Of a stretch of 64,000 nt of DNA, positions 28,703-38,416 are shown one piece after another. A program made the position numbers and the translations under genes. Origin of the DNA: Lysobacterales bacterium (GTDB taxonomy: Bacteria; Pseudomonadota; Gammaproteobacteria; Xanthomonadales; SZUA-36); contig DATFLY010000127.1 in NCBI GenBank assembly GCA_035267185.1, forward strand, positions 27,894 through 91,893. The letters run 5' to 3'. Positions within the stretch are counted from its first letter, which is position 1. Every line of letters starts with the position of its first letter. Below the pieces are notes generated by a model. That model was not told the origin of the DNA and made no database searches. It worked only from the letters and a program-made list of their open reading frames with translations.

Positions 28703-30754
28703 ATGAAACGATTCTGGCAGCACATCATCACACTGGCGGCCGTGTTGGCTTGTGACCCGCTTTTTTCAGCGCCAATACCCTGGAGTGTTGAGATCGATCG
28801 GATCACCAGAGGCACGACAAGTGCCGAACAACTGCTCATTCGCAATCATTCGGACGGATCATCGTCAGACCAGGTGGATGTCAGCGCCCTGAGGATTGTC
28901 ATTGAGGAACAAGACATTCAGCCGGGTCCGTTCAGGCTCTCATGTCCCGGGTCGCTGATGACAGTCGTGTCGCGCACCTGTGTTGGCGGAAGCTGGTCGA
29001 TTAATGTATCTGGCGAACTGCCAGCGCTTAGTGGAACGGTTGTTGATGCTTCATTCGCTGAAAGCCAGGCAAGTCTGAGAACAGAAGGTTTTGCAGACGA
29101 TATTGCCTGGGAGGCTGATCTCGAATCGTCAGAAGACGGGTTTGCGCTCCATGCCAAATTCCCAAAGCAGCCGTTTGAGAAAATTGCAGCCCTGGTGAGT
29201 AACGTTCCTGAATTCGGCTGGGTCAGCGCAGGTGATTTTGAAGGAACTGTCGAAGTGACAATGTTGGAAGGCCGGGATACCTGGATTCGATCAGAGACTG
29301 AATTCACCGGAATTGAATTCGACTCCCCTGATGGATTGTATGCCGGGCTCGGCATCAGTCTGAACCTGTCCCTGGGAATAGGGAACCTCGACACCGAACC
29401 CGTGGCGCTGAATGCTCAGATCAGTTCCGGTGAGCTTCTCCTGATGGATTTCTATCGCAATTACGCTGAAAGCACGCTGGATGTTGCGGCGTTTCTTGAA
29501 TGGCGCGGTCCTTTAATCGAGATCAGCCGCTTTGTTGTAAATGACGGAAGCATTCTGGCTATTGCGGGAGAGGCAACCATACCAATTCCATCCGAGCCAG
29601 GTGGGGAAGGCCAGGAGATGGAGTTAATTCTGCGTGAATTCAGCCTGGTATTTCCACACGCCTATACTGCTTACCTGGAGCCCGTTGCCACGGTTTACAG
29701 TCTCGATGGGCTTGATACCCAGGGTTCAGTGAGCTGGACGGGTGACTGGGAGCCAGGGTCGGCGCGCAACGGCACCCTGAATATTAACCAGTTCAGTGTG
29801 GAGGATTCGCAGGGTGGTCGATTCGGAATCAGAAACCTCACTGGTGAGCTGAGTACAAATTCTGAATCGATTTTCACCTGGGATACGCTGTCATTTGAGA
29901 AAATCGACCTGGGCGCCGGGTCAGCCACCCTGGCACTGGCGCCTGAATCGGTAAGGCTGACGGAGCCACTGACCATTGGTGTCTTCGGAGGTACGTTTAA
30001 TGTTGAGCAATTTTCCGTCACGCTGCCCAAGTCTGGTGAGCCGGATATCCAGTTGCGCGCTTCAATAGATGGCATCGAAATGCAGCAAATGTCAACGGCC
30101 ATCGGTTGGCCGGAATTCGGCGGTACGCTAAGCGGAACCATACCCGGAATAAACTGGTCTGATGGCGTCATCGAAGTCGAAGGTGCCCTCGATTTTAAGG
30201 TTTTCGACGGACAATTGCTGCTGACCGACTTGCGCGTCGAAAGACCGTTTGGTGTGTTGCCCAGCCTGGCAGCAAACATTACCGCAACCGGACTGGATCT
30301 CGAGGAACTGACGCAGACTTTCGAGTTTGGGCGCATTGCCGGACGAGCAGATGGCTACATACGTGATCTTCGAATGCTTGACTGGCAACCCGTTCAGTTC
30401 GATGCCTGGTTTGGAACTCCGTTGAGTGATAACAAAAAGCATGACATTTCGCGCCAGGCGGTCAGTCATCTCACCACCCTGGGCGGAGGCAGTCCCACGA
30501 CCATGCTGACCGGGCCCGTCCTGAGGCTCTTTAGCAATTTTTCCTATCGCAGACTGGGTTTCGGCTGCGAACTTCGAAATAACGTTTGCCAGATACGGGG
30601 CGTTGATGAGCAAAACGAGGGCGTCTTGTTAATGGAAGGTGCCGGAATTCCCAAGATAAGTATTCTTGCCTACAACCGATCAGTGGACTGGCCGCAAATG
30701 GTGAGCGAATTATCGGCCCTGACCGGCGGTGGAAGCATCAGGATAGGGGATTAG
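28703..30754 (+). CDS. YdbH-like (AsmA-like / DctA-YdbH domain) large envelope protein
   Basis: 683 aa with an N-terminal signal/anchor and a long beta-rich body. The C-terminal block (HDISRQAV..L....GG........L..F..F.Y..LG..C.L.N.VC...G) is as I recall for YdbH. A ydbL homolog follows immediately. Confidence 0.55.
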   Translation: MKRFWQHIITLAAVLACDPLFSAPIPWSVEIDRITRGTTSAEQLLIRNHSDGSSSDQVDVSALRIVIEEQDIQPGPFRLSCPGSLMTVVSRTCVGGSWSINVSGELPALSGTVVDASFAESQASLRTEGFADDIAWEADLESSEDGFALHAKFPKQPFEKIAALVSNVPEFGWVSAGDFEGTVEVTMLEGRDTWIRSETEFTGIEFDSPDGLYAGLGISLNLSLGIGNLDTEPVALNAQISSGELLLMDFYRNYAESTLDVAAFLEWRGPLIEISRFVVNDGSILAIAGEATIPIPSEPGGEGQEMELILREFSLVFPHAYTAYLEPVATVYSLDGLDTQGSVSWTGDWEPGSARNGTLNINQFSVEDSQGGRFGIRNLTGELSTNSESIFTWDTLSFEKIDLGAGSATLALAPESVRLTEPLTIGVFGGTFNVEQFSVTLPKSGEPDIQLRASIDGIEMQQMSTAIGWPEFGGTLSGTIPGINWSDGVIEVEGALDFKVFDGQLLLTDLRVERPFGVLPSLAANITATGLDLEELTQTFEFGRIAGRADGYIRDLRMLDWQPVQFDAWFGTPLSDNKKHDISRQAVSHLTTLGGGSPTTMLTGPVLRLFSNFSYRRLGFGCELRNNVCQIRGVDEQNEGVLLMEGAGIPKISILAYNRSVDWPQMVSELSALTGGGSIRIGD

Positions 30755-30842
30755 ACGAGTAGCCGCTCAAGGCTTTGGAAAGGGCACCATTTATGAATTA
30801 CAGGGTCTGATAGAATGTCCTCGGCTTGCACAGGGAACCACG

Positions 30843-31445
30843 ATGAATAAGTTTGTTATCACCGGTCTGATCAGCGTCATTTTTCTCGCAGCGTGTGTCA
30901 CCATTAATGTTTACTTTCCGGCTGCTGCAGCAGAGCGGGCAGCCAGTGAATTTGTTGGGGATGTGCTGGGAGAACCGGTTGAAGACGGCTCGCTGTTTGA
31001 GCCAGTAACTCCAGGCAGAGATTTTGAATTGCTGGCATATACACCAGCGCTCATGGTCATCAGTCTTGTTGTTCAGGATGCCCATGCCCAGGCAGATATT
31101 GAAATCAATACGCCCCAGATCAATGCCATCAAGGCACGAATGGCCCAGCGTCAGCAAAACAGCCTCAACGATATGTTCGATGCCGGTGCAATCGGATTCA
31201 CACGAGATGGGCTGGTTGCAATTCGTGATCGTTCCGCCGTGAGTCTGCAGGACAGGAGAAGCCTGGAGGCTGTAGTCGCGGATGAAAATCGTGATCGTAA
31301 AGCCGTTTATCGTGAAATTGCTGTTGCGAATGGTCATCCTGAGTGGGAAGGTGATATCCAGGAAACATTCGCAAAGGAATGGGTCCAGAAGGCACGGAGG
31401 GGTTGGTATTACCAGAATGCATCTGGAAACTGGGTTACCAAGTAG
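30843..31445 (+). CDS. ydbL: YdbL (DUF1318) family protein with an N-terminal lipoprotein extension
   Basis: The C-terminal half (AGAIGFTRDGLVAIRD...VVADENRDRKAVYREIAVANG...KEWVQKARRGWYYQNASGNWVTK) parallels E. coli YdbL. The N-terminus has the lipobox LAAC. Confidence 0.65.
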   Translation: MNKFVITGLISVIFLAACVTINVYFPAAAAERAASEFVGDVLGEPVEDGSLFEPVTPGRDFELLAYTPALMVISLVVQDAHAQADIEINTPQINAIKARMAQRQQNSLNDMFDAGAIGFTRDGLVAIRDRSAVSLQDRRSLEAVVADENRDRKAVYREIAVANGHPEWEGDIQETFAKEWVQKARRGWYYQNASGNWVTK

Positions 31446-31493
31446 TCGCAGAAATTCCTTGATATCCAAATTGTACGATTCAACTGAAGCCTG

Positions 31494-32825
31494 ATGGGTC
31501 GATCTCGTAAGGCGCGACTGCCCGCCGAGGCGGTCGAATTCGAAATTCATGACCTGAGTCACGACGGTCGTGGTGTCAGCAAGTCGGAACACAAAGTCAC
31601 ATTTATACACGGCGCCTTGCCTGGCGAACGGGTTATGGCCCAGTTAAAGGGTCGAAGGCGAAGCTATGACGAAGCCGATGTCACGGAGATTCTGCAGCCT
31701 TCTGAGCATCGTGTTGAGCCACGCTGTGCACATTTTGGGGTTTGCGGTGGCTGCTCTTTGCAACACCTTGAGCCCCGGCAGCAGATTCTGGCAAAGCATA
31801 ATGCCCTTGAGCAGAATTTCGCGCGTATTGCGGGTCTTGAACCTGCGCAATGGTTTGAGCCGCTGACAGGGCCTGCATGGAATTATCGGCGTAAAGCACG
31901 GCTTTCAGTTCGATTCGTTTTCAAAAAAGAAAGAGTGCTGGTGGGTTTTCGTGAACGTGGTGGTCGCTACGTGGCAGATATCCATGAATGCCATGTGCTG
32001 GAACCTGCGATTGCTGAACGGTTAACGGACCTGGCTGAGCTGATTCAGTCAATGGAGCAATATCGGAATATTCCCCAGCTGGAAGTTTCCTGTGGTGACA
32101 GCGTGTCATCATTGGTGGTCAGGCACCTCGAACCATTGCCACAATCGGACCTCGATAAACTGAAGATTTTTTCAAGCGAGACCGCAATTGCAATTTTTCT
32201 TCAGCCCGGCGGCTTAAAAACCATTCATCCGCTTGAACCTGAATCAATCGAACTGGCCTATTCACTGCCTGCACACGATCTGGAATTCAGGTTTGGACCC
32301 AGTGACTTTATCCAGGTCAATGGTGAGATGAACCGTTTGATGGTTGACCGGGCCATTGAACTCCTGGAGCCTGACCGGAATGACAGAATCCTTGATCTCT
32401 TTTGCGGCCTGGGAAATTTCACACTGCCGATTGCCCGGTATGCTGGTGATACCGTGGGGGTTGAAGGTGATGCAGCGTTGGTTGGCCTGGCGCGTGAAAA
32501 TGCGGAACGCAACGGCATTGGTAACGCATCGTTTTTCAGTGCAGACCTGACCCTCGAGCCGGTTCAGGCGCCATGGCTGCGTGACCCCTATGACAAGGTC
32601 CTGGTAGACCCGCCGCGCTCTGGAGCACAGGAAATGCTTCCACATATTGCGGCCAGCGGTGCCTCCCGGCTTCTCTATATTTCATGTCATCCTGCAAGCC
32701 TGGCCAGGGACGCCGGGATGTTGGTTAATGATCATGGATTCAGTCTGAGTGGTGCGGGCGTCATGGATATGTTTCCACATACCGGCCACGTGGAATCACT
32801 GGCCCTGTTTGAGAGGAGAAGCTGA
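31494..32825 (+). CDS. rlmD: 23S rRNA (uracil1939-C5)-methyltransferase RlmD (RumA)
   Basis: TRAM domain, Fe-S cysteines (C..FGVCGGCSLQH), SAM motif DLFCGLGNFTLP and the catalytic YISCHP. Confidence 0.9.
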   Translation: MGRSRKARLPAEAVEFEIHDLSHDGRGVSKSEHKVTFIHGALPGERVMAQLKGRRRSYDEADVTEILQPSEHRVEPRCAHFGVCGGCSLQHLEPRQQILAKHNALEQNFARIAGLEPAQWFEPLTGPAWNYRRKARLSVRFVFKKERVLVGFRERGGRYVADIHECHVLEPAIAERLTDLAELIQSMEQYRNIPQLEVSCGDSVSSLVVRHLEPLPQSDLDKLKIFSSETAIAIFLQPGGLKTIHPLEPESIELAYSLPAHDLEFRFGPSDFIQVNGEMNRLMVDRAIELLEPDRNDRILDLFCGLGNFTLPIARYAGDTVGVEGDAALVGLARENAERNGIGNASFFSADLTLEPVQAPWLRDPYDKVLVDPPRSGAQEMLPHIAASGASRLLYISCHPASLARDAGMLVNDHGFSLSGAGVMDMFPHTGHVESLALFERRS

Positions 32826-32826
32826 A

Positions 32827-33861
32827 TTGGTGGGCAAACTGGGTCCGGTGTTAATCGGTGTTGATGGTCCTGAATTAACCGGAGAATCACGCGAACAACT
32901 GAACCACACCCTGGTTGGAGGCGTGGTTCTTTTTACACGCAATGTCGAATCACGAAGTCAAATCTGTGAGCTGGTTGCGTCCATACGGGAACTACGCGAA
33001 CCACGCCTGCTTGTGGCAATTGACCAGGAGGGGGGTAGGGTTCAACGATTGAAAAACGGGTTTACCCGGCTTCCCGCCCTCGGAAAAATTGGTCAGATCC
33101 ATGAAAGTGATCCAGGTAAAGGCCGCGAATACTCATATTGGCATGGTCGCAGCATGGCGATGGAAATGCTCGACTGCGGTATTGATATCAGTTTTGCACC
33201 CGTTCTTGACCTGAACCGTGGCAGTTCCGTGATCGGCGACCGGTCTCTTTCCGAAAATCCTGAAACCGTGATTGAACTGGGTCGCTCATACCTTAAAGGA
33301 ATGCATGATGGTGGGATGAAAACCACCGGAAAGCACTTTCCCGGTCATGGCTCAGTTCAGGCCGACTCACACGTTGACGATGTTTGTGACGATCGCAGCC
33401 TGGAAGAATTGCTGGAAAGCGATATGCGACCATTTGCAGAGCTGGCCAGCGATCTGGATGCAATGATGATTGCCCATGTTGAATACCCCTGCCTGGATGA
33501 TCGTCCAGCAGGATATTCCAAAGCCTGGCTGACTGGACAGCTACGGCAGCAAATCGGTTACAACGGTGTGATCTTCTCTGATGACCTTGGCATGCATGCG
33601 GCCAAAACACTCAGCAGCCTGGAGGATCGGACAAGAGTCTCTCTCGAGGCAGGTTGCGATGCCGTGCTGGTTTGCCTGCCAAATGACGTCAAAGCACTCC
33701 TGGCCGACTCCGTTGCGCCACTACCGAAGAACGATGTGACAACCAGGCTGCAGGGCCTGTATGGTTTGTCTTCAATTCCAATCGGGAAACTGGATGGTGA
33801 CCCTTCTGAGGGAGCTGCTGCCTACCGAACATGGCGTGAGCGCCTTGAAAAAATATGCTGA
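32827..33861 (+). CDS. nagZ: Beta-N-acetylhexosaminidase NagZ
   Basis: GPVLIGVDG..L, VGGVVLFTRN, IDQEGGRVQR, KHFPGHG and FSDDLGM motifs. I place the start at TTG 32827 or GTG 32830, just after the rlmD stop. The track ATG at 32749 lies inside rlmD. Confidence 0.85.
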   Translation: MVGKLGPVLIGVDGPELTGESREQLNHTLVGGVVLFTRNVESRSQICELVASIRELREPRLLVAIDQEGGRVQRLKNGFTRLPALGKIGQIHESDPGKGREYSYWHGRSMAMEMLDCGIDISFAPVLDLNRGSSVIGDRSLSENPETVIELGRSYLKGMHDGGMKTTGKHFPGHGSVQADSHVDDVCDDRSLEELLESDMRPFAELASDLDAMMIAHVEYPCLDDRPAGYSKAWLTGQLRQQIGYNGVIFSDDLGMHAAKTLSSLEDRTRVSLEAGCDAVLVCLPNDVKALLADSVAPLPKNDVTTRLQGLYGLSSIPIGKLDGDPSEGAAAYRTWRERLEKIC

Positions 33862-33880
33862 AGAGAACAAGGAAAATTCA

Positions 33881-34435
33881 ATGAACCTGAGTGAGCAGTC
33901 GGATCCGCGTGATGTCCTGAATCAATCGACGCTGATTGCTGATAAGCAAGAAGTCATGGATGCCGTAAACCGCATGGCGGTTGCAATTAACGAACACTAT
34001 GGTGATGAAGAGATCGTTATGGTGGTTGTCATGGTGGGTGGCATGATGCCGGCGGCGTGGTTGTTATCGCGTCTGAAAATGCCGGTGCGAATCGATTTTA
34101 TTCATGCAACCCGCTACCAGGGTCAGACTGAAGGTGGTGAACTTGAATTTCGCGTGCCAACACGACTAAACCTGCAAAATCAGAAGGTTCTGATCGTCGA
34201 TGATATTTACGACGTTGGCCTGACATTGAACCTGATCGAGAGTTATTGCGAATCCCGTGGGGCAAAATCAGTTGAGAGTGCTGTCCTGGTTCGCAAATTA
34301 CATGATCGTGAGACCACCGAGTCCAAGCCGAGATTCATAGGAATGGACGTTGAGGACAAATATGTCTTCGGATGCGGTATGGATGCTTTCGAGCACTGGC
34401 GTCACCTGGATGATATCAGGGCATTGAAAACATGA
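33881..34435 (+). CDS. hpt: Hypoxanthine-guanine phosphoribosyltransferase
   Basis: 184 aa from MNLSEQSD.... The PRPP-binding loop VLIVDDIYDVGLTL is present, and the overall layout matches Hpt. Confidence 0.75.
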   Translation: MNLSEQSDPRDVLNQSTLIADKQEVMDAVNRMAVAINEHYGDEEIVMVVVMVGGMMPAAWLLSRLKMPVRIDFIHATRYQGQTEGGELEFRVPTRLNLQNQKVLIVDDIYDVGLTLNLIESYCESRGAKSVESAVLVRKLHDRETTESKPRFIGMDVEDKYVFGCGMDAFEHWRHLDDIRALKT

Positions 34436-35184
34436 GTCGCAAGACTCTTGCACTGATCGGCGGGACCGGGCTTAACGAGCTTGGCGAGCTGATCGAAGTG
34501 ATGGATTTGGACACGCCATTTGGCAAACCTTCTGCACCTCTTCAGATGATTCGCGATGATGAACTGCGGATTTTATTCCTGCCTCGTCATGGTAGCCCGC
34601 ACACAATCCCGCCTCACTGTGTGAATTATCGCGCGAATATCCGGGCATTGAAGGATGCAGGTGCGGATCACATCCTTGCTGTTTCCGCTGTTGGCGGGAT
34701 CGGTAGTCATTGCAGTCCGGGATCTTTACATGCCCTTGACCAGGTGGTCGATTACACCTGGGGTCGCCAACACACTTACAGTGATTCGGGAGAGGTGAAT
34801 CTGCAGCATGTGGATTTCAGCTATCCCTATGAAGGGCCACTCAGAAACCTGTTGTTACAAGTGGCAAGAGAGAGCGATATCAGGCTCAATGATGGTGGTT
34901 GCGTGGGCGTATTTCAGGGCCCGCGTCTTGAAAGCGCAGCAGAAATTCAAAGAGCAAAAGGGGATGGGTGCACGCTGGCGGGCATGACTTCCATGCCAGA
35001 AGCCAGCCTGGCTCGTGAATGCGGCCTGGATTATGCCGGAATTGGCGTGGTATCAAACTGGGGTGCAGGCGTGATTAGCGGAACCATCTCCGAAGATGAC
35101 ATTGCGCAGACGCTCAAAGACCCGATGTCGCATGTTCGGAAGCTGATTCGCGGAATCAGCGAAAAGCTGGCAGGGTCTGCTTAA
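34432..35184 (+). CDS. S-methyl-5'-thioadenosine / S-methyl-5'-thioinosine phosphorylase (PNP family 2)
   Basis: LALIGGTGL, FLPRHG..H.IPPH.VNYRANI.ALK, AVGG and GMT..PEA.LARE motifs are present. Confidence 0.85.
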   Translation: MSRKTLALIGGTGLNELGELIEVMDLDTPFGKPSAPLQMIRDDELRILFLPRHGSPHTIPPHCVNYRANIRALKDAGADHILAVSAVGGIGSHCSPGSLHALDQVVDYTWGRQHTYSDSGEVNLQHVDFSYPYEGPLRNLLLQVARESDIRLNDGGCVGVFQGPRLESAAEIQRAKGDGCTLAGMTSMPEASLARECGLDYAGIGVVSNWGAGVISGTISEDDIAQTLKDPMSHVRKLIRGISEKLAGSA

Positions 35185-35600
35185 ACTGCCTTGATGCCAG
35201 TAGACGTTCCTGACGCAAATCTTGCGGCAATGCCTGTTGCCACGAGAACGCCCACCACTGCTGTGGCAGTAAACCAGGTGGGATGAGGAATCGTCATGAC
35301 ATTCCATACAGCTCCGGCCAGTATCAAAGCACCGACTATACCTGCAAACAATAATGGCGATTGCCCTGCAATTGAAGCGGCTGTCCAGCCACCTGCCAGG
35401 GTCCCAAGCACGTAGGACGCCAGCACGAATGCCAGTGGTCCCCATGGAAGGCCTGCAATATATTCCCGCATGAACTCCTGGTCACTGATATCCATATCTG
35501 CTGGCGGAGGGTAAAGGTTATGCCCGAACTTCTGAATCATCATGACGACGACTCCGGCGACCAACACTCCGATAATAATTGCCAGTAATTTTCTGACCAT
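35181..35600 (-). CDS. Small hydrophobic membrane protein (about 4 TM), function unknown
   Basis: 139 aa from MVRKLLAIIIGVLVAGVVVMMI.... The ATG at 35600 is preceded by a GGGGGCGG purine-rich stretch. The longer track ORF overlaps the 3' end of imuB and is rejected. Confidence 0.5.
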   Translation of the reverse strand: MVRKLLAIIIGVLVAGVVVMMIQKFGHNLYPPPADMDISDQEFMREYIAGLPWGPLAFVLASYVLGTLAGGWTAASIAGQSPLLFAGIVGALILAGAVWNVMTIPHPTWFTATAVVGVLVATGIAARFASGTSTGIKAV

Positions 35601-35652
35601 TCCGCCCCCTGACGAAAGTCTGTAGTGATTTATTCTACTCACAAGCGCCTGG

Positions 35653-37077
35653 TCATGAAAATATTCCATGCAGAAACCACCCGGCCCGCGGTTTGTATTC
35701 ACGAAAAACCCATAAACGACAACCGCTACCATCGCGTACGATGAAATAGTCGCGCCGGCAGTCACGGCCATCCCACCAGCCGCTTTCGATACGCTCCGGA
35801 CCGCTGATGATTTCGTACTGCCGGATATCGCAACGCCTGGGCCGGGGCATAAGCCAGGCCGGGCGGTGAGGCAAAGCAGCACAGTTTCCTTTTTCACCCA
35901 AAGGGCGGGTACGCCAGCTGTATTCAGGACGATGATCCTCAATGCCGGTAATTCCTCTTACCGCATCGCCTCCGAGCCGGGCCTGCAGTCTTTCTGCCAG
36001 CTGAGTCACACCTGCAAGACGTTCCCCTGGCGCATCATGGAAAAGGCGTTGCTGCCCGGGCATGAATTTTAGAAATCCCGGTGTTTGCACAAGAACATCG
36101 CGAACCGCTTTGGGTAACTTCAGTCGATCCAGGCGTTCACGTAACACCAGCATCAGCCGGTCCATTTCCTGGGTGGGCGATTGCAGGCCCAGTTTTATCA
36201 CCGTGTCGGAATGACCTTCATGCCCCAGGCGGATGGTGATTTCCTGTACTGCCGCATCACTGCCTCGAAGTACGCCGCATAATTCTTCCAGCAAGCGCCT
36301 GATGGGAAATATGAGCGCGGTGGACAGCCTGGTTTCAGCCGGAAGCTCCAGTTGTGCCGAGAATTTCTCTGCTGGCTGGTAATGTCTCTGCGGATCTGGC
36401 TGAAGGCCGAGCAGGCGATCCAGGTAAGCTGGCAAAGCCGGGCTGAATCTTCTTGCCAGCGACTTGCGTGGCAATCGCAAAAGTTCATGCAGTTGCCTCA
36501 GGCCCATATTCTCCATTGCGCTGAGTGTGCCCGGCTCAAGCTCCAGGTGAACCAGTGGTAACGCACCGAGCTGGCTACGGATTTCTTTGCGGTGATTGAT
36601 ATGAAGGGCTTCAGAAGCCGCCAGCCAGGCGGCTTCGAGCGTAGGCGCCGAGCCCGTGATGGCAGAATAACCGATGCGACTCAATTCGGATGTTATGCGG
36701 GATGCAAGCGCATCAGCTTTTCCGAACAGAAGTTCGCTGGCGCCCGCTTCAAGCACCAGCCCGGAGCGATCAGGTGGCAGGCAAACCTGGTGGCTGTACT
36801 GATAGCACCAGGCTGCAATTCGCTCAAGCGCCTGCTTTTCATTGTTCAGATCTCGTGTCACACAATCCAGGTCCGTAACAATGGCGCAGGCAGCCGCGAC
36901 CGGCATGCCCGGTTTCACGCCAACCGAGCGCGCAGCAGCGTTGCAATCAAGAATAAATTCGCGACCGCGTGAGGTGTCAGTGATGGCGAGAGGGTCGGCT
37001 GATCCCTGGTGAGCGCGGATATGACAATCCAGTGCCAGGTGCGGCAGCCGAACTGCCAACCATAGAGCTTCGTTCAT
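35653..37077 (-). CDS. imuB: ImuB, Y-family-polymerase-like protein of the SOS mutagenesis cassette
   Basis: The N-terminus (LWLAVRLPHLALD) and C-terminus (ERIESGWWDG.D.RRDYFIV....G..LWVF........WFLHGIF) are characteristic of ImuB. Confidence 0.85.
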   Translation of the reverse strand: MNEALWLAVRLPHLALDCHIRAHQGSADPLAITDTSRGREFILDCNAAARSVGVKPGMPVAAACAIVTDLDCVTRDLNNEKQALERIAAWCYQYSHQVCLPPDRSGLVLEAGASELLFGKADALASRITSELSRIGYSAITGSAPTLEAAWLAASEALHINHRKEIRSQLGALPLVHLELEPGTLSAMENMGLRQLHELLRLPRKSLARRFSPALPAYLDRLLGLQPDPQRHYQPAEKFSAQLELPAETRLSTALIFPIRRLLEELCGVLRGSDAAVQEITIRLGHEGHSDTVIKLGLQSPTQEMDRLMLVLRERLDRLKLPKAVRDVLVQTPGFLKFMPGQQRLFHDAPGERLAGVTQLAERLQARLGGDAVRGITGIEDHRPEYSWRTRPLGEKGNCAALPHRPAWLMPRPRRCDIRQYEIISGPERIESGWWDGRDCRRDYFIVRDGSGCRLWVFREYKPRAGWFLHGIFS

Positions 37078-37744
37078 AAGTGCTTTGCCGTCGACAGTAT
37101 GGCTGTGGCAGCATCAGTGGTTCAGCGGGGCTGTGACCACGGCATTTGAGTACTTCGATGCGCATACCATCTGCGGCGCTGTCCAGCTTGAGGCGAAGTG
37201 CTGCAGGGGATGCTGCCGAGGCAGTGGTTTCCGGTCGAAACATGAAGGCAATGGCGCGCTGGCTTTGTGCTGCGAGTTGCAGCCGTCTCAGGGTGGCGAA
37301 ACGAACATCCTTTGGCCAGGACAGCACCACGCTTTCCGGTATCTCTCTTAAAGCCTGTTCACAGGCCCACAGGGATTCATCATGTTTTTGGGTGCGTATC
37401 AGCACAAGCCGTTCGAGATTGAGGCCATGACCATGCAATGTTGCCGGGTAGGGCACCCATGGCGGGTCGACAAGTATGATCCAGTGCCCCTGCCTGCCAG
37501 TCGCTGCAAGGGCAGGGAACAGCAGGCTGAACTCTCCCACCCCAGAATGCGCAGTGATTAATTCCGTGACTGCACCGCGCGGCCAGCCTTCACCGGGCAG
37601 ACGATGGTCCAGGATTTTATGACCTGTGGAAATGGTTGCTTGTGCACGGTTAGGAAATCGGCCTTTCCACAGCGATGAAGTGCTGGCAAGTACGTCTTCA
37701 AGCGATTTTGCCTGGTTCCCCTTCAGCGGCATATTAAACGGCAT
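36977..37744 (-). CDS. imuA: ImuA (SulA/RecA-fold protein of the imuA-imuB cassette)
   Basis: STGHKILDHRLPGEGWPRGAVTELI...GVGEFSLLFPALA...LWACEQALR...LRRLQLAAQ...FMFRP...SPAALRLKL is the ImuA pattern. The ATG at 37744 lies 1 nt after the lexA stop. The 3' end overlaps imuB by 101 nt. Confidence 0.8.
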   Translation of the reverse strand: MPFNMPLKGNQAKSLEDVLASTSSLWKGRFPNRAQATISTGHKILDHRLPGEGWPRGAVTELITAHSGVGEFSLLFPALAATGRQGHWIILVDPPWVPYPATLHGHGLNLERLVLIRTQKHDESLWACEQALREIPESVVLSWPKDVRFATLRRLQLAAQSQRAIAFMFRPETTASAASPAALRLKLDSAADGMRIEVLKCRGHSPAEPLMLPQPYCRRQSTYERSSMVGSSAAAPGTGLSYPRSPGISRPSRHH

Positions 37745-37745
37745 A

Positions 37746-38378
37746 TCAAAGCTTAACGCGAACCACGCCCACACCCAGCCCCTCAATCACCAGGGACTGT
37801 CGTCTCAGATCGATGTTAATGGGTTCAAAATCAGCATTCTCGGGAAGGAGCTGAACCTGGTGATCGTTCTTCCGAAAGCGTTTCACGGTGACCTCGTCGT
37901 CAATTCGGGCAACCACGATCTGGCCATTGCGTGCTTCAGGTGTGCGGTGTACCGCCAGCAGGTCCCCGTCCAGAATGCCGGCGTCCCGCATGCTCATTCC
38001 GGTAACACGTAACAGGTAGTCAGGTTTATCTGAGAACAGCAAAGGATCGATGCGGTATTCGTCCTCCACATTTTCCTGGGCAAGCACCGGGCTGCCTGCA
38101 GCAACCCGGCCTACCAGGGGAACAAGGCGATGCTTTGATGCAGGTAATGCTTCATTCGAAAGCGGCAGCAGTGTGATTCCGCGTGAAATGCCCGGCTCGA
38201 TTGTGATCTGGTTTTTCTTTTCCAATGCCCGAAGATGGGCCTCAGCAGCGTTCGGCGAACGGAAGCCGAAATGTTTTGCCAGCTCTGATCTTGTAGGAGG
38301 AAATTTATTATTTTCAATAAATTCCGATATAAACCTGAGAATTTGCTTTTGACGTGCTGTCAGTTCTTTGGGTGCCAT
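37746..38378 (-). CDS. lexA: LexA repressor
   Basis: [12 protein letters not shown], the cleavage-site region VGRVAAGSP, and the S24 peptidase motifs GMSMRDAGI and RLKR/KRF. Confidence 0.95.
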   Translation of the reverse strand: MAPKELTARQKQILRFISEFIENNKFPPTRSELAKHFGFRSPNAAEAHLRALEKKNQITIEPGISRGITLLPLSNEALPASKHRLVPLVGRVAAGSPVLAQENVEDEYRIDPLLFSDKPDYLLRVTGMSMRDAGILDGDLLAVHRTPEARNGQIVVARIDDEVTVKRFRKNDHQVQLLPENADFEPINIDLRRQSLVIEGLGVGVVRVKL

Positions 38379-38400
38379 TTGAATGATTCTCCATAATTAA

Positions 38401-38416
38401 CTGTAAATATATACAG
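38401..38416. promoter_or_regulatory. SOS box (LexA operator), CTGT-N8-ACAG
   Basis: CTGTAAATATATACAG is a perfect match to the gammaproteobacterial consensus CTGT-N8-ACAG. It lies 23-38 nt upstream of the lexA ATG. Confidence 0.85.

Noticed and set aside
30798-31610. A 270-aa minus-strand ORF covering all of ydbL and the start of rlmD.
   Set aside because: It is antisense to two recognisable genes and has no motifs. It crosses an intergenic region only because of a chance lack of stops.
32749-32826. ATG 32749 as the nagZ start, giving a 77-nt overlap with rlmD.
   Set aside because: The extension (MVRASWICFHIPATWNHWPCLRGEAE) is not NagZ-like. A TTG/GTG start at 32827/32830, right after the rlmD stop, gives the conserved N-terminus.
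35601-35942. The 253-aa version of the small membrane protein ORF, which overlaps the imuB 3' end by about 290 nt.
   Set aside because: The upstream 114 residues are antisense-like in composition and overlap the conserved ImuB C-terminus. The hydrophobic protein begins at ATG 35600, which has an upstream purine-rich RBS.
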